24,382 nucleotides of DNA from Spirochaetota bacterium. Its GTDB lineage: Bacteria > Spirochaetota > UBA4802 > UBA5550. A program made the translations under genes and the position numbers. Below, piece after piece: positions 1-8,683 of the stretch. The stretch lies in contig JBNKTL010000059.1 of assembly GCA_050298055.1 (NCBI GenBank), forward strand, positions 1 to 24,382, written 5' to 3'. Every line of letters begins with the position of its first letter. Position 1 is the stretch's first letter. The notes under the pieces were generated by a model. The model saw nothing but the letters and a program-made list of their open reading frames with translations. It was not told where the DNA came from and searched no databases.

Positions 1-52
1 TTCTTTAGCTAAACACTGAACCATTCAGGACTTTCGACTTTTTCAGGATACC

Positions 53-185
53 CTACTTAACAATATAAATAAAAATACATTTATTTGCTAAAATATCAAC
101 AATATCTGCCGCCTTCGGCGGCGGGGACATATCAGTTATGTTTTTCATTAAATATGATCATTCTTAAACATAGCTGAGTAGTAAA
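53..185 (+). mobile_element. MITE-like ~140 bp repeat, copy 1 (left end and left hairpin arm eroded)
   Basis: Central GCCGCC-TTC-GGCGGC (108-122) followed by GGGGACATATCAGTTAT; right end CATAGCTGAGTAG (169-181) matches the right ends of the copies at 9884-10024 and 19357-19497. Confidence 0.8.
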
Positions 186-285
186 AATTGATTTTATTTT
201 CAATAAAGAAGAAAATTTAATTTTTTAAGGGACTCACAATTTGTTCTTGAATTATTTATGAAGATAAAAGAAAATTATTCCATAT

Positions 286-307
286 CTACTCAGCTATGTA
301 TAAATGA
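286..307 (-). repeat. Solo terminal fragment of the same MITE-like element
   Basis: CTACTCAGCTATGTATAAATGA is the reverse complement of the element right end (compare TCATTTTATACATAGCTGAGTA at 19471-19492). Confidence 0.7.
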
Positions 308-332
308 AAATTTTTAAAAACAGGTAAATTGT

Positions 333-740
333 ATGGGAAAAATATTGTTAACCATAACTGTAGTTTTTGCGCTCACGGGCATTCAATCATGTAAAACAGC
401 AGGACAGGGTGAAAAACCGGTAATTGGAAGAAAAGTAGAGAGCAGACCCGTTAAGGAGGTAAAAACCGGATGGGAAGACCCTGACACCTATGTGGTAATG
501 GTAGTAGATGAATCCGAAGAGAAAGCTGTCAATAAAGCTAAAATAAAGGTACTGAAAGATATTATCAATGTCAGGTTTAAGTTATACGGTAAATACTCAC
601 AGATTGCAGTTATTAAGGATGAGTTTGACAAACCGCTGAAAAACGGGGAAGTTATCAGCAAACGAAATCTCAACGGGGGAGTAGAAATTTATTACCAGGT
701 AAGGTATAAGAACCTGAAAAAGATGTTTGAGAAGAAATAG
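333..740 (+). CDS. Hypothetical lipoprotein
   Basis: 135 aa ORF; basic N-terminus, hydrophobic stretch, lipobox-like GIQS-C at residue 20; CAGGT RBS-like motif upstream. Confidence 0.75.
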   Translation: MGKILLTITVVFALTGIQSCKTAGQGEKPVIGRKVESRPVKEVKTGWEDPDTYVVMVVDESEEKAVNKAKIKVLKDIINVRFKLYGKYSQIAVIKDEFDKPLKNGEVISKRNLNGGVEIYYQVRYKNLKKMFEKK

Positions 741-763
741 TAGATCAGTATTACAATACCGCT

Positions 764-1375
764 CTACTGTTTTATCAATACTTTATTCCCAACCACACTG
801 AGTCTCTCTTCACAGAAAAGCTTTACGGATTCAGGAAGTATCCTGTGCTCCTCCTTCAGTATCCTTGAGGAAAGCTGCGCCAGGGTCTCATTCTGCCGTA
901 CTTCCACGGCAGCCTGCATGATAATGGGGCCGGTATCTGTTCCTTCATCAATGAAATGCGCCGTACAGCCTGTGATCTTTACTCCGTAGTTAAAAGCCTG
1001 TTTCTGTCCGTCAGTTCCGGGAAAGGAGGGAAGGAGCGCGGGATGGATATTAATAATTCTGTTCCTGTAGCAGTTAACAAGATAGGGAGAAAGAACTCTC
1101 ATATATCCCGCAGCAACAACAAGGTCCGTTCCCGAATCTTTTAAAAGCCTTTCCATCTCCTTTTCATGCTCCTTTCGTGAAGAATATTTTTTCGGATCAA
1201 CATGAAAAGCCTTCATTCCAAAATCTTCCGCTATTCCAAGGGCCTTTGCTTCACCGTTATCGGAGATGACGATACCCAGCCTGGCATTGATTCCACCCTC
1301 AATGATCCTCTCCGCCACAGCCGTGAAATTAGAACCTCTTCCCGAAACAAGAAAGGAAACTATCCTCTTTTTCAT
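764..1375 (-). CDS. purN: Phosphoribosylglycinamide formyltransferase
   Basis: Motifs SGRGSN, AGYMRVL, NIHPALLPSFPG, TGCTAHF, DEGTDTGPII; 203 aa. Confidence 0.97.
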   Translation of the reverse strand: MKKRIVSFLVSGRGSNFTAVAERIIEGGINARLGIVISDNGEAKALGIAEDFGMKAFHVDPKKYSSRKEHEKEMERLLKDSGTDLVVAAGYMRVLSPYLVNCYRNRIINIHPALLPSFPGTDGQKQAFNYGVKITGCTAHFIDEGTDTGPIIMQAAVEVRQNETLAQLSSRILKEEHRILPESVKLFCEERLSVVGNKVLIKQ

Positions 1376-1394
1376 CCCTTCAACTCCTCCCCGT

Positions 1395-2390
1395 TCAAAT
1401 TCTCATCCTGTTTATTTCATCATCACGGGCCGGCTCCCTTGCCTCAATGATTTTTTCCTCTCCCCCTCTCCTGAAGAGGCAAATACCGATCCCGGTCTCC
1501 GGTTTGCCATATCTCGAAAGGACAGAGGCAGAAAGGATAATATCTTCATTGCTGAACTTTCCCTTTCCAAAAACACACGGCCCCTTGAAGCGGGGAATAA
1601 AAAAATAATCTGAAAAATCCCGGTACTTTTCCAGAATATTATTTTCCGTTTCATTCTTGGAGACAATGATCTTTGCGTCCCGGCTTATCCTGATATGCCT
1701 GCCCACAGTGAGAAGATAGTAATCGAGAGGGGTCAGTTCGGTGTGATGGCCCAGGAGGTCCTTCACCCTCTCTGAAATAAAAGAGTCTGTAAAGAGGCAT
1801 CCCCCTGCAGGCCAGGAAAATTCATCCAGGCCGAACTCCCGGGCAAGTTCAAGCTGGCGTTTCCGTGATCGTCCGCTGATATCATAGAGTTTCTCCCTGT
1901 GGACCAGGCCCTCCTCTTCGGGAAGTGTGGGTTTAAGGATCTTCGCGCTGAGGGGCCTGAGAAGCCTTCCCCGGAGACCGGAAACCCTGAGGATATGGTT
2001 CATCATGTGTTTCTGCTGAGACATGGGCCTCTGACCCACAACCTCTCCCGTGGCCACAAAGTCCGCACTTCTCTCCCGCATGAGGTCTGCCGCCTTGCCG
2101 ATAAAGTGTATCTTGCAGTCAATGCAGGGGTTCATTTTCTTCCCGTAACCATGGGGAGGGTTTTTGACAATTTCAAGGAACTCATCACCGCAGCGGTAAT
2201 ATTCCAGGTCCAGCCCGATTTGTCTGGCAAGACGGGCGGGATGTGACTGGCCGGGGTCGGAGTCCGGGGGAGTAAAGGGGAGGATACAGTGAAGACCTGT
2301 CATCCGGAGCCCCTGGTCCAGCAGTATCTTCGCGGCAAGGAGGCTGTCAAGCCCCCCGGAGTAGAGGAGTATCCCCTTTCCCCTCCTCAT
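1395..2390 (-). CDS. ThiI/MnmA-like PP-loop ATP pyrophosphatase (putative tRNA thiouridine synthase / sulfur-insertion enzyme)
   Basis: SGGLDS PP-loop, NPCIDCK, TGEVVGQRPMSQ, LLRPLSAK, PAGGCLFT; ATG overlaps the moeA stop (TGATG). Confidence 0.8.
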   Translation of the reverse strand: MRRGKGILLYSGGLDSLLAAKILLDQGLRMTGLHCILPFTPPDSDPGQSHPARLARQIGLDLEYYRCGDEFLEIVKNPPHGYGKKMNPCIDCKIHFIGKAADLMRERSADFVATGEVVGQRPMSQQKHMMNHILRVSGLRGRLLRPLSAKILKPTLPEEEGLVHREKLYDISGRSRKRQLELAREFGLDEFSWPAGGCLFTDSFISERVKDLLGHHTELTPLDYYLLTVGRHIRISRDAKIIVSKNETENNILEKYRDFSDYFFIPRFKGPCVFGKGKFSNEDIILSASVLSRYGKPETGIGICLFRRGGEEKIIEAREPARDDEINRMRI

Positions 2391-3610
2391 CAAATCTCCT
2401 CATGTCTCAGGAGCTCAATGGTTACACTCTCACCCTTTTTCACCTGCTCTACGTCTGACGGGAGAATTATCAGGCAGTTGGCTTCACTCATGGACCGGAG
2501 GATCCCGGAACCCTGCGGACCGGTAGTGGAAACATGAAAATTTCCATTGCTCAGAGTAAAGTACCCCCTGATGAAATTCCTCCTTCCCGCCTTCTTCCTG
2601 ATATCGTCATCTGCCACTGCACTGATATGCGGTTTCTCCAGTCCCGACGCTCCCATCATTTTGAGAATCGCCGGCCGTACAAATTCATTGAAGGAAATCA
2701 GTGTTGAAACCGGATTACCCGGAAGGCCAAAAAAGAGCTTTCTCCCCAGGGTGCCGAATACCATGGGCTTGCCCGGTTTCATCCTGACCGTCTCTATCTT
2801 GATATCCACACCGAGTTCCTTCATGACATCTTTCACATAGTCATATTTCCCCATGGATACACCGCCGGTGGTTATAACAATATCGTTTTGAAATCCCTTC
2901 CGGAAGAGACTTTTTGTCTCCTCTTTATCATCCTTTGCAATTCCAAGATAGTCGGGGACCCCCCGGTATCTCTTTATCTCCTGCTGCAGAGTGTAGGCAT
3001 TGCTATTCCTGATCTGTCCCGGTTTTATCTCCTCGCCGATATCGACGATCTCATCACCGGTTGATATTATTGCAACTTTTGGCCTCCTGAAAAGATCAAC
3101 TTCACGACAATTAAGGGAAGCAAGAAGCCCGGTATCCGCCGATCTCAGAATATCGCCCCTTTTTAATACTCTCTGTCCGCGGGAGATATCTTCACCTGCG
3201 AACCTGACATTTGCATTCTCCTTGAGATCCCGGTAGACCAGGACAGTCCTATTCTCTTCGGATGTGTCCTCAACAGGGATCACCGCATCGGCTTCCTGTG
3301 GCATCGGCGCCCCTGTCATGATCCTCACAGCCTGGCCGCTGCCTACATTCAGTTTTTCATTATTTATACCCGCCTGGATCTCTCCGGTAATCTCAAGCCT
3401 GACGGGATTCTCTCCTGACGCATCTTTCAAATCACCGGACCTTACGGCATAACCGTCCATTGCAGAGTTGTTAAAAGGGGGGATATTTATGTCTGAGAGA
3501 ATATCAGTGAAGATAATTCTGCCTGCCGAATCAAGGATATCCGCTTTCTCTCCTTCAAGCTGATAAACGGAATCCAGAATGATATTCAGAGCTTCATTAA
3601 ATTGGATCAT
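2390..3610 (-). CDS. moeA: Molybdopterin molybdo/tungsto-transferase MoeA
   Basis: PPFNNSAMDGYA, RIMTGAPMP, STGDE, TTGGVSMG, MKPGKP, GLPGNPVS, QGSG..SM..AN motifs; 406 aa. Confidence 0.96.
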   Translation of the reverse strand: MIQFNEALNIILDSVYQLEGEKADILDSAGRIIFTDILSDINIPPFNNSAMDGYAVRSGDLKDASGENPVRLEITGEIQAGINNEKLNVGSGQAVRIMTGAPMPQEADAVIPVEDTSEENRTVLVYRDLKENANVRFAGEDISRGQRVLKRGDILRSADTGLLASLNCREVDLFRRPKVAIISTGDEIVDIGEEIKPGQIRNSNAYTLQQEIKRYRGVPDYLGIAKDDKEETKSLFRKGFQNDIVITTGGVSMGKYDYVKDVMKELGVDIKIETVRMKPGKPMVFGTLGRKLFFGLPGNPVSTLISFNEFVRPAILKMMGASGLEKPHISAVADDDIRKKAGRRNFIRGYFTLSNGNFHVSTTGPQGSGILRSMSEANCLIILPSDVEQVKKGESVTIELLRHEEI

Positions 3611-3612
3611 GA

Positions 3613-5214
3613 CTAAATCTCATCAACCACTTCCGCAAGGATCTCCCTGATGTCACTGATGTCCTCTTTAAGCCTCTGTGCGTCAAGCGCCCTGTTTTCA
3701 TTCTTGGCAACATTGTACTTCTCAACCAGCTCGTTAAAGATCAGGGTAAATTCCTCGATCTCCTTGTCAATATCGGTAATAGGTCCCGTGGACTCGTATC
3801 TCACATGCTGATACTCCTCTTTAACAAGGTCGATAATTTCACCCCACTTGGGGACGGAGGAATTAAATCCGAGCTCTGTATTAATGGCCTGGGAGAGGCT
3901 CATTGAGGCTTCAACTTCACCGTGGACCACAAAGACCCTGAGATCGGGATTTTTTATATTCCCAACCCAGTTGAGAAGCCCCTCCCTGTCAGCATGGGCG
4001 GAAAAACCTCCCAGTGTATGGATCTTTGCGTTAACGGCCACATCCTCGCCGTATAACCGCACCTGCTTCGCCCCCTCGATAATCCTCCTTCCCAGCGTCC
4101 CCTCAGCCTGGTATCCCACAAAGATAACACTGGAATTCTTCTTATAAAGATTATTCTGCAGATGATACTTGATCCTTCCCGCGGTACACATGCCGCTGGC
4201 AGAGATGATTATTGAACCGGCGGCTTCATCGTTGAGTTTCTGTGATTCCTTCGTGGACCGGGTAAAGCGGAGGTTTTCAAAGTCAAGAGGGCTGTCACCG
4301 GACAGGAGAATTTTCCTGGTCTCTTCATCGAAGAGGTTTTCGTTTTTTCGGAAGATCTCCGTGGCTGATATTGCCAGGGGTGAATCTATATAGACCGGCA
4401 TTTCGGGGATCTCGCCGTTTCTTACCATTTTACCCAGGGAATAGATGATCTCCTGGGTCCTCTCTATTGCAAATGCGGGGATAATAATATTTCCCCTGCT
4501 GTTATGTGACTCCTGGATAATCTCCTTGAACTCTTTATATGTGTCTTCCTTACTCCTGTGGAGCCTGTCTCCATAGGTCGATTCAATAAGGAGAAAATCA
4601 GCATCGTCAATAATTTCAGGGTCCCTGATCAGGGCCTGGTTGGTGGGCCCCAGGTCTCCCGAAAAGACAATTTTGCTGACTTTTTCCCCGTGGTCAACCC
4701 ACATCTCCACGAAGGATGAACCGAGAATATGGCCCGCGTCCCTGAAACATATTTCAATGCGGGGGTGTATCTGTATCTTCTTTCCATAGTGAACCGGCTT
4801 GAAATGCTTTATGGATTCTTCGGCATCCTCAATTGTGTATACGGGTTTAATTTCATCTCTGCCCAGCTTGCTGTTTTTCCTGTTGATCCATTTAGCGTCC
4901 ATTTCCTGTATATGGGCACTGTCGGGAAGCATTATCTCGCAGAGGTCCTTCGTTGCCTTTGTTGAATAGATATCGCCCCTGAAGCCGTTCTTTACCAGCT
5001 TGGGGATAAGCCCGCTGTGATCAATGTGGGCATGTGTGAGGATGACTGTGTCAATCTCAGAGGGATTGTAGACAAGGTTCATGGTGTTCCTGTCCTTAAG
5101 CTCACGTTTTCCCTGGAACATTCCGCAGTCCACCATGATGGTGAAATCGTGGTCTTTAATAATAAAGCATGATCCCGTAACAGACTGCGCTCCGCCGACA
5201 AATTCAAGTTTCAT
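3613..5214 (-). CDS. Metallo-beta-lactamase / beta-CASP family ribonuclease-like protein with C-terminal helical extension
   Basis: VTGSC, DCGMFQG, THAHIDHSG, AGHILGS, FSGDLG, ESTYG, SASGM, FSAHAD, VHGE motifs. Confidence 0.92.
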   Translation of the reverse strand: MKLEFVGGAQSVTGSCFIIKDHDFTIMVDCGMFQGKRELKDRNTMNLVYNPSEIDTVILTHAHIDHSGLIPKLVKNGFRGDIYSTKATKDLCEIMLPDSAHIQEMDAKWINRKNSKLGRDEIKPVYTIEDAEESIKHFKPVHYGKKIQIHPRIEICFRDAGHILGSSFVEMWVDHGEKVSKIVFSGDLGPTNQALIRDPEIIDDADFLLIESTYGDRLHRSKEDTYKEFKEIIQESHNSRGNIIIPAFAIERTQEIIYSLGKMVRNGEIPEMPVYIDSPLAISATEIFRKNENLFDEETRKILLSGDSPLDFENLRFTRSTKESQKLNDEAAGSIIISASGMCTAGRIKYHLQNNLYKKNSSVIFVGYQAEGTLGRRIIEGAKQVRLYGEDVAVNAKIHTLGGFSAHADREGLLNWVGNIKNPDLRVFVVHGEVEASMSLSQAINTELGFNSSVPKWGEIIDLVKEEYQHVRYESTGPITDIDKEIEEFTLIFNELVEKYNVAKNENRALDAQRLKEDISDIREILAEVVDEI

Positions 5215-5245
5215 TTACATCTCCCTTTACCTGATTTCAAAGCTG

Positions 5246-5659
5246 TTATTGACTATTTCTCCTTTCTGATTTTCTTCTATCGGATTTTATATTATTTACA
5301 TCTCTTCTATCACAAAATTCTTCCTCATGCCCAAGTTTATCGGGAAACCTTTCATCAAAATAACCTTTTCGGAGAAAGAATCCCCTGTTAAAAAGCCTTC
5401 TCTCTCCCGATCTCCTCTCGGCGGTTCTTTTCTCCCTCCGTTCCCTGTTAAGGGAATTTTCATTTTCTGTTTGATATTCCGAAATACCGTCAGAGATTAC
5501 CATTCTGCCTGCAAGTGAATTGCCCTCTGATTTCTCAAGACGCGAATGGGCTGCTTTAAGCAGCAATATAAACAGAGTTTTTATTAAAAAATATAATAAT
5601 AAAACGACTGCAAAAATTGCGAGAAATATTAATAAATATTTATCCGGTGTTAGTTCCAT
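5246..5659 (-). CDS. Hypothetical single-pass membrane protein with repeated (E/D)RR motifs
   Basis: N-terminal hydrophobic helix; cytoplasmic ERR/ERRSGERR/DRR/DRRKSERR repeats; co-oriented 31 bp upstream of the MBL gene. Confidence 0.65.
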   Translation of the reverse strand: MELTPDKYLLIFLAIFAVVLLLYFLIKTLFILLLKAAHSRLEKSEGNSLAGRMVISDGISEYQTENENSLNRERREKRTAERRSGERRLFNRGFFLRKGYFDERFPDKLGHEEEFCDRRDVNNIKSDRRKSERRNSQ

Positions 5660-5727
5660 TGTAATAACGAATAGTGAATTTTTAAATCAGCTTTGCAATT
5701 AAAAATATCTGCCCCGCGTTTTCAAAT

Positions 5728-5763
5728 AAAAAAATTGCTCTCAAGCTGCACTTGAGGAGCAAT
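5728..5763 (-). terminator. Intrinsic terminator-like hairpin (minus strand)
   Basis: ATTGCTC-TCAAG / CTGCA loop / CTTGA-G-GAGCAAT stem (one bulge), with an A-run at 5728-5734 giving a U-tract on the minus strand. Confidence 0.55.
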
Positions 5764-5851
5764 AATTTGTTTGTAAAAAAAATTTATTTTTATTGATATA
5801 TTTGCAACTACTATTTACATTATTTTTTTCCAAAAAATTGATGTATAAAGC

Positions 5852-5976
5852 GTAATGACTCAAGCTTTGTATAATAATAAAATGAATTATGTGTCTTCAT
5901 TGACCATCGCGACAATAACACATAATTAATATTTTCATTGTATAGAAAATTTTTAACCATACAGTTGAGTCATGAG
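5852..5976 (-). mobile_element. MITE-like repeat, degenerate copy (central GC hairpin decayed)
   Basis: Left GTAATGACTCAAGCTTTGTATAA resembles the reverse complement of the right end of the 9884-10024 copy; right CCATACAGTTGAGT resembles the reverse complement of the left end of the 19357-19497 copy; inner inverted repeat AATTATGTGT (5885-5894) / ACACATAATT (5918-5927). Confidence 0.6.
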
Positions 5977-5983
5977 GTAAACA

Positions 5984-7150
5984 ATGAGCAATGATAAATT
6001 AAAATTAAATATCGACTATTTACGTCCCTACAGCAGTATTGTTTACCCTCTTTACTCAAAAGAGGGGGAAAAGATCCTGGAAAAACGTATTATCCTTACA
6101 GAGAGAAGGATAGATGCCATAAAGAAAAAGTATGGAAATATCGTATACTATACTGTTACTGATGAGAGAATTATATCGAAAAAGCACCTTGATAATGCCT
6201 TTGACAAATCCAGGGCGATCATGTATGAAATATCAAAAACAGAAAAACTGACTCGAACAGCCTACAATGAAGCGGAAAAGGTTGTGGAAGATATAGTCTC
6301 AGATCTTGATAATGCTGAGATCCAGGCAATACACCTTCTTAAAGAACTGAAATCCCATGAAGAATATCTGCATCAGCATTCGGTAAATGTGGGTATTCTC
6401 TCTGCAATATTTGCCAAGGTAACGGGAAAATTCACAAAAGAAGATATTAAAATTCTTACACTGGGAGCATACCTCCTTGATATAGGCACAATAAAAATTG
6501 AAAAGCACCTGCTGAAGAAACAGGGGAAATTCAACAATATTGAAAAACTAAAGATCAGCAGGCACCCGCAGCTTGGTTATGAAATTTTAAAAAATATATC
6601 CGGTATAAACACCCTGATATTGCAGATTATACTCTTTCACCATGAGAGATATAACAACAAAGGATATTATCAACTGCCATACGATATACTTCCCCTTGCA
6701 CCAAAACTTGTAGGCATATGTGATATATACGATTCCCTGACAACAACAAGACCCTACAGAGATGCGTTAAATCCAACGGATGCGTTAAAATTTCTGGTAA
6801 ACTCAATCAATTATTCCTTTAACTATGAGCTGATCAGTGATTTTGTTAACCTGGTAGGACCCATGCTGAGCAATGCCCAGTCTTTTTACACCAGAAATGA
6901 CTTTTGTGCACTGAACACAAAGGAACTTGGTATCATAATGGATTTTGGCAGTTCCGATATTTTAAAACCTAAAGTTCTTGTTTTCTGCCGTTTTCGAAAA
7001 AAAAATAACAGGCTGGCAGTGCAATTTTATGACAGTCCTATTGAAACCGACCTGAACAAGGACCGGGAACGTCTTATGGTAAAGATCATAAACAACAAAA
7101 AACACATTGAAACACTAAAATCCAGGTTAAGAGAAAAAAAGTTTTTGTAA
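5984..7150 (+). CDS. HD-GYP domain protein with degenerate active-site motifs
   Basis: HSVNV, AYLLDIG (LD in place of HD), RHPQLGYEIL, HHERYNNKGYY (GYP to GYY), CDIYDSLTTTRPYR. Confidence 0.9.
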   Translation: MSNDKLKLNIDYLRPYSSIVYPLYSKEGEKILEKRIILTERRIDAIKKKYGNIVYYTVTDERIISKKHLDNAFDKSRAIMYEISKTEKLTRTAYNEAEKVVEDIVSDLDNAEIQAIHLLKELKSHEEYLHQHSVNVGILSAIFAKVTGKFTKEDIKILTLGAYLLDIGTIKIEKHLLKKQGKFNNIEKLKISRHPQLGYEILKNISGINTLILQIILFHHERYNNKGYYQLPYDILPLAPKLVGICDIYDSLTTTRPYRDALNPTDALKFLVNSINYSFNYELISDFVNLVGPMLSNAQSFYTRNDFCALNTKELGIIMDFGSSDILKPKVLVFCRFRKKNNRLAVQFYDSPIETDLNKDRERLMVKIINNKKHIETLKSRLREKKFL

Positions 7151-7156
7151 ACCGGC

Positions 7157-7393
7157 TCAGTAGATTGAATTACTGGGACATTCCTCGATACAACTTCTGC
7201 ACTGGATACAATCTTCGGTATTGATCTCCGCGGCCAGGCCCTTTTGCCAGCTTATGGCGTTATATTTACATGCCTGCAGGCATAATCCGCATTTTCTGCA
7301 GAGTTCGCTGTCCACCTGGAAAAGCAGCATTTCGGAACAGACTCCTGCAGGACATATGCATCTTTCTGAGTCTTCACATCCCGAACTCTCCAA
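7157..7393 (-). CDS. 2x[4Fe-4S] ferredoxin-like domain protein (start uncertain)
   Basis: CRKCGLCLQAC and CIQCRSCIEECP motifs preceded by CICPAGVC; only a TTG start with no clear RBS. Confidence 0.7.
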   Translation of the reverse strand: MESSGCEDSERCICPAGVCSEMLLFQVDSELCRKCGLCLQACKYNAISWQKGLAAEINTEDCIQCRSCIEECPSNSIY

Positions 7394-7488
7394 AAAAAAC
7401 TTCTAACGGGATTTTTCCGGACTACCGACTATATGAATAAGGAAAAATATGCAAAAAATCCAACAACAAGCCCTATTATCCTGATATT

Positions 7489-7527
7489 TTGCAATATTTT
7501 GATATAATCTCTTATAATCGCTATAAT
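7489..7527 (+). promoter_or_regulatory. Possible sigma70 promoter with three tandem TATAAT boxes
   Basis: TTGCAA (7489-7494), 18 nt spacer, TATAAT (7513-7518); further TATAAT at 7503-7508 and 7522-7527. Confidence 0.35.
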
Positions 7528-7543
7528 TCGCCAATATCTGCCT

Positions 7544-7571
7544 TCAATTTCATCTTCACTCCTACCGAATA
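7544..7571 (+). promoter_or_regulatory. Sigma28 (FliA) promoter of the first flagellin
   Basis: TCAA-N16-ACCGAATA versus consensus TAAA-N15/16-GCCGATAA, 78 nt before the flaB ATG. Confidence 0.7.
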
Positions 7572-7599
7572 AATGACTATCAGGGTGAAAACCCACAGA

Positions 7600-7646
7600 G
7601 ACGGGCAAGGAGGCCAGTCCGGAAAAAGGAGATTCACGGAGGAATC
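7600..7646 (+). promoter_or_regulatory. CsrA-type GGA stem-loops in the flaB leader
   Basis: GGC-AAGGAG-GCC (7604-7615), unpaired AAGGAG (7626-7631) and GATTC-ACGGAG-GAATC (7631-7646) overlapping the Shine-Dalgarno. Confidence 0.65.
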
Positions 7647-7649
7647 CCG

Positions 7650-8495
7650 ATGATTATTAATCACAACATGTCTGCAATTAACGCCAACAGGGTGCTGAAA
7701 TTTCAGCACTGGAATGTAGACAAAAGCATGGAAAAGCTTGCCTCGGGTATGAGGATCAACAAAGCCGGGGACGACGCCTCGGGACTTGCTGTTTCAGAGA
7801 AGATGAGGACCCAGATACAGGGACTGAGGCAGGCTGAAAGAAACACCGAGGACGGAATGTCCCTCATCCAGACCACCGAAGGTTACCTCCAGGAATTGTC
7901 CGCCATTATTCAGAGAATCAGGGTACTTGCCGTACAGTCATCAAACGGCATATACACCCCTGAGGACAGGCAGCTGATACAGATAGAGGTATCGGAACTG
8001 GTTGATGAAGTGGACAGGATAGCCTCACAGGCTGAGTTCAATACAATGGCCCTCCTCCAGGGAGACTTCTCCCGTGTACAGCCGGCCGCTTCCATGTGGT
8101 TTCACATGGGTCCCAACATGCACCAGAGAGAAAGGATCTATATCCAGACCATGACGGCACGGGCATTGAAGCTCAAGGACGTTGTGGGCAGACCGGTAAC
8201 GCTCTCAACGCCGTTCCATGCCAACATGAATATCGGGGTCATGGACGACGCCCTTCAGATCATCTCAAAACAGAGGGCGGACCTCGGTGCATATTACAAC
8301 AGGCTTGAACATGCAGCCAAGGGTCTCATGAACGCGTATGAAAATATCCAGGCATCCGAAAGCAGGATAAGGGATGCCGATATGGCCGAAGTAACAGTGG
8401 ATTATACCAGGAACCAGATACTGGTCCAGAGCGGAACACTGATGCTTGTCCAGGCAAATATGAAGTCGCAGACAGTTCTGCAGCTTCTCCAGTAG
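7650..8495 (+). CDS. flaB: Periplasmic flagellar filament core protein FlaB (flagellin), copy 1
   Basis: [58 protein letters not shown]; 281 aa, spirochaete-type length. Confidence 0.97.
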   Translation: MIINHNMSAINANRVLKFQHWNVDKSMEKLASGMRINKAGDDASGLAVSEKMRTQIQGLRQAERNTEDGMSLIQTTEGYLQELSAIIQRIRVLAVQSSNGIYTPEDRQLIQIEVSELVDEVDRIASQAEFNTMALLQGDFSRVQPAASMWFHMGPNMHQRERIYIQTMTARALKLKDVVGRPVTLSTPFHANMNIGVMDDALQIISKQRADLGAYYNRLEHAAKGLMNAYENIQASESRIRDADMAEVTVDYTRNQILVQSGTLMLVQANMKSQTVLQLLQ

Positions 8496-8526
8496 GTATT
8501 ATTTTGTGATTTTTCTTCCTTGAAAC

Positions 8527-8560
8527 GCGGCCGGTTGATATGTTTCAATCAGCCGGCCGC
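8527..8560 (+). promoter_or_regulatory. GC-rich stem-loop after flaB1 without a U-tract
   Basis: GCGGCCGGTTGAT / ATGTTTCA / ATCAGCCGGCCGC, 13 bp with one G-U pair. Confidence 0.6.
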
Positions 8561-8683
8561 CGAATGCTCTTTGAAAACGAAACAATTACTGCAAGCATTA
8601 AGCCCTGTTCACAGGTCCGTGTGGTTGCAGTAATTCTGACGATGGTATTCCCTGGCTTGAGTTACCGTAACCTGGTATTAAAC

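Noticed and set aside
6771..6790. GATGCGTTAAA direct repeat in the HD-GYP gene
   Set aside because: Explained by the repeated peptide DAL; not informative.
8539..8566. Sigma28 promoter for flaB2 (GCCGAATG at 8559-8566)
   Set aside because: No TAAA/TCAA at the required 15-16 nt spacing, and the motif overlaps a hairpin arm.
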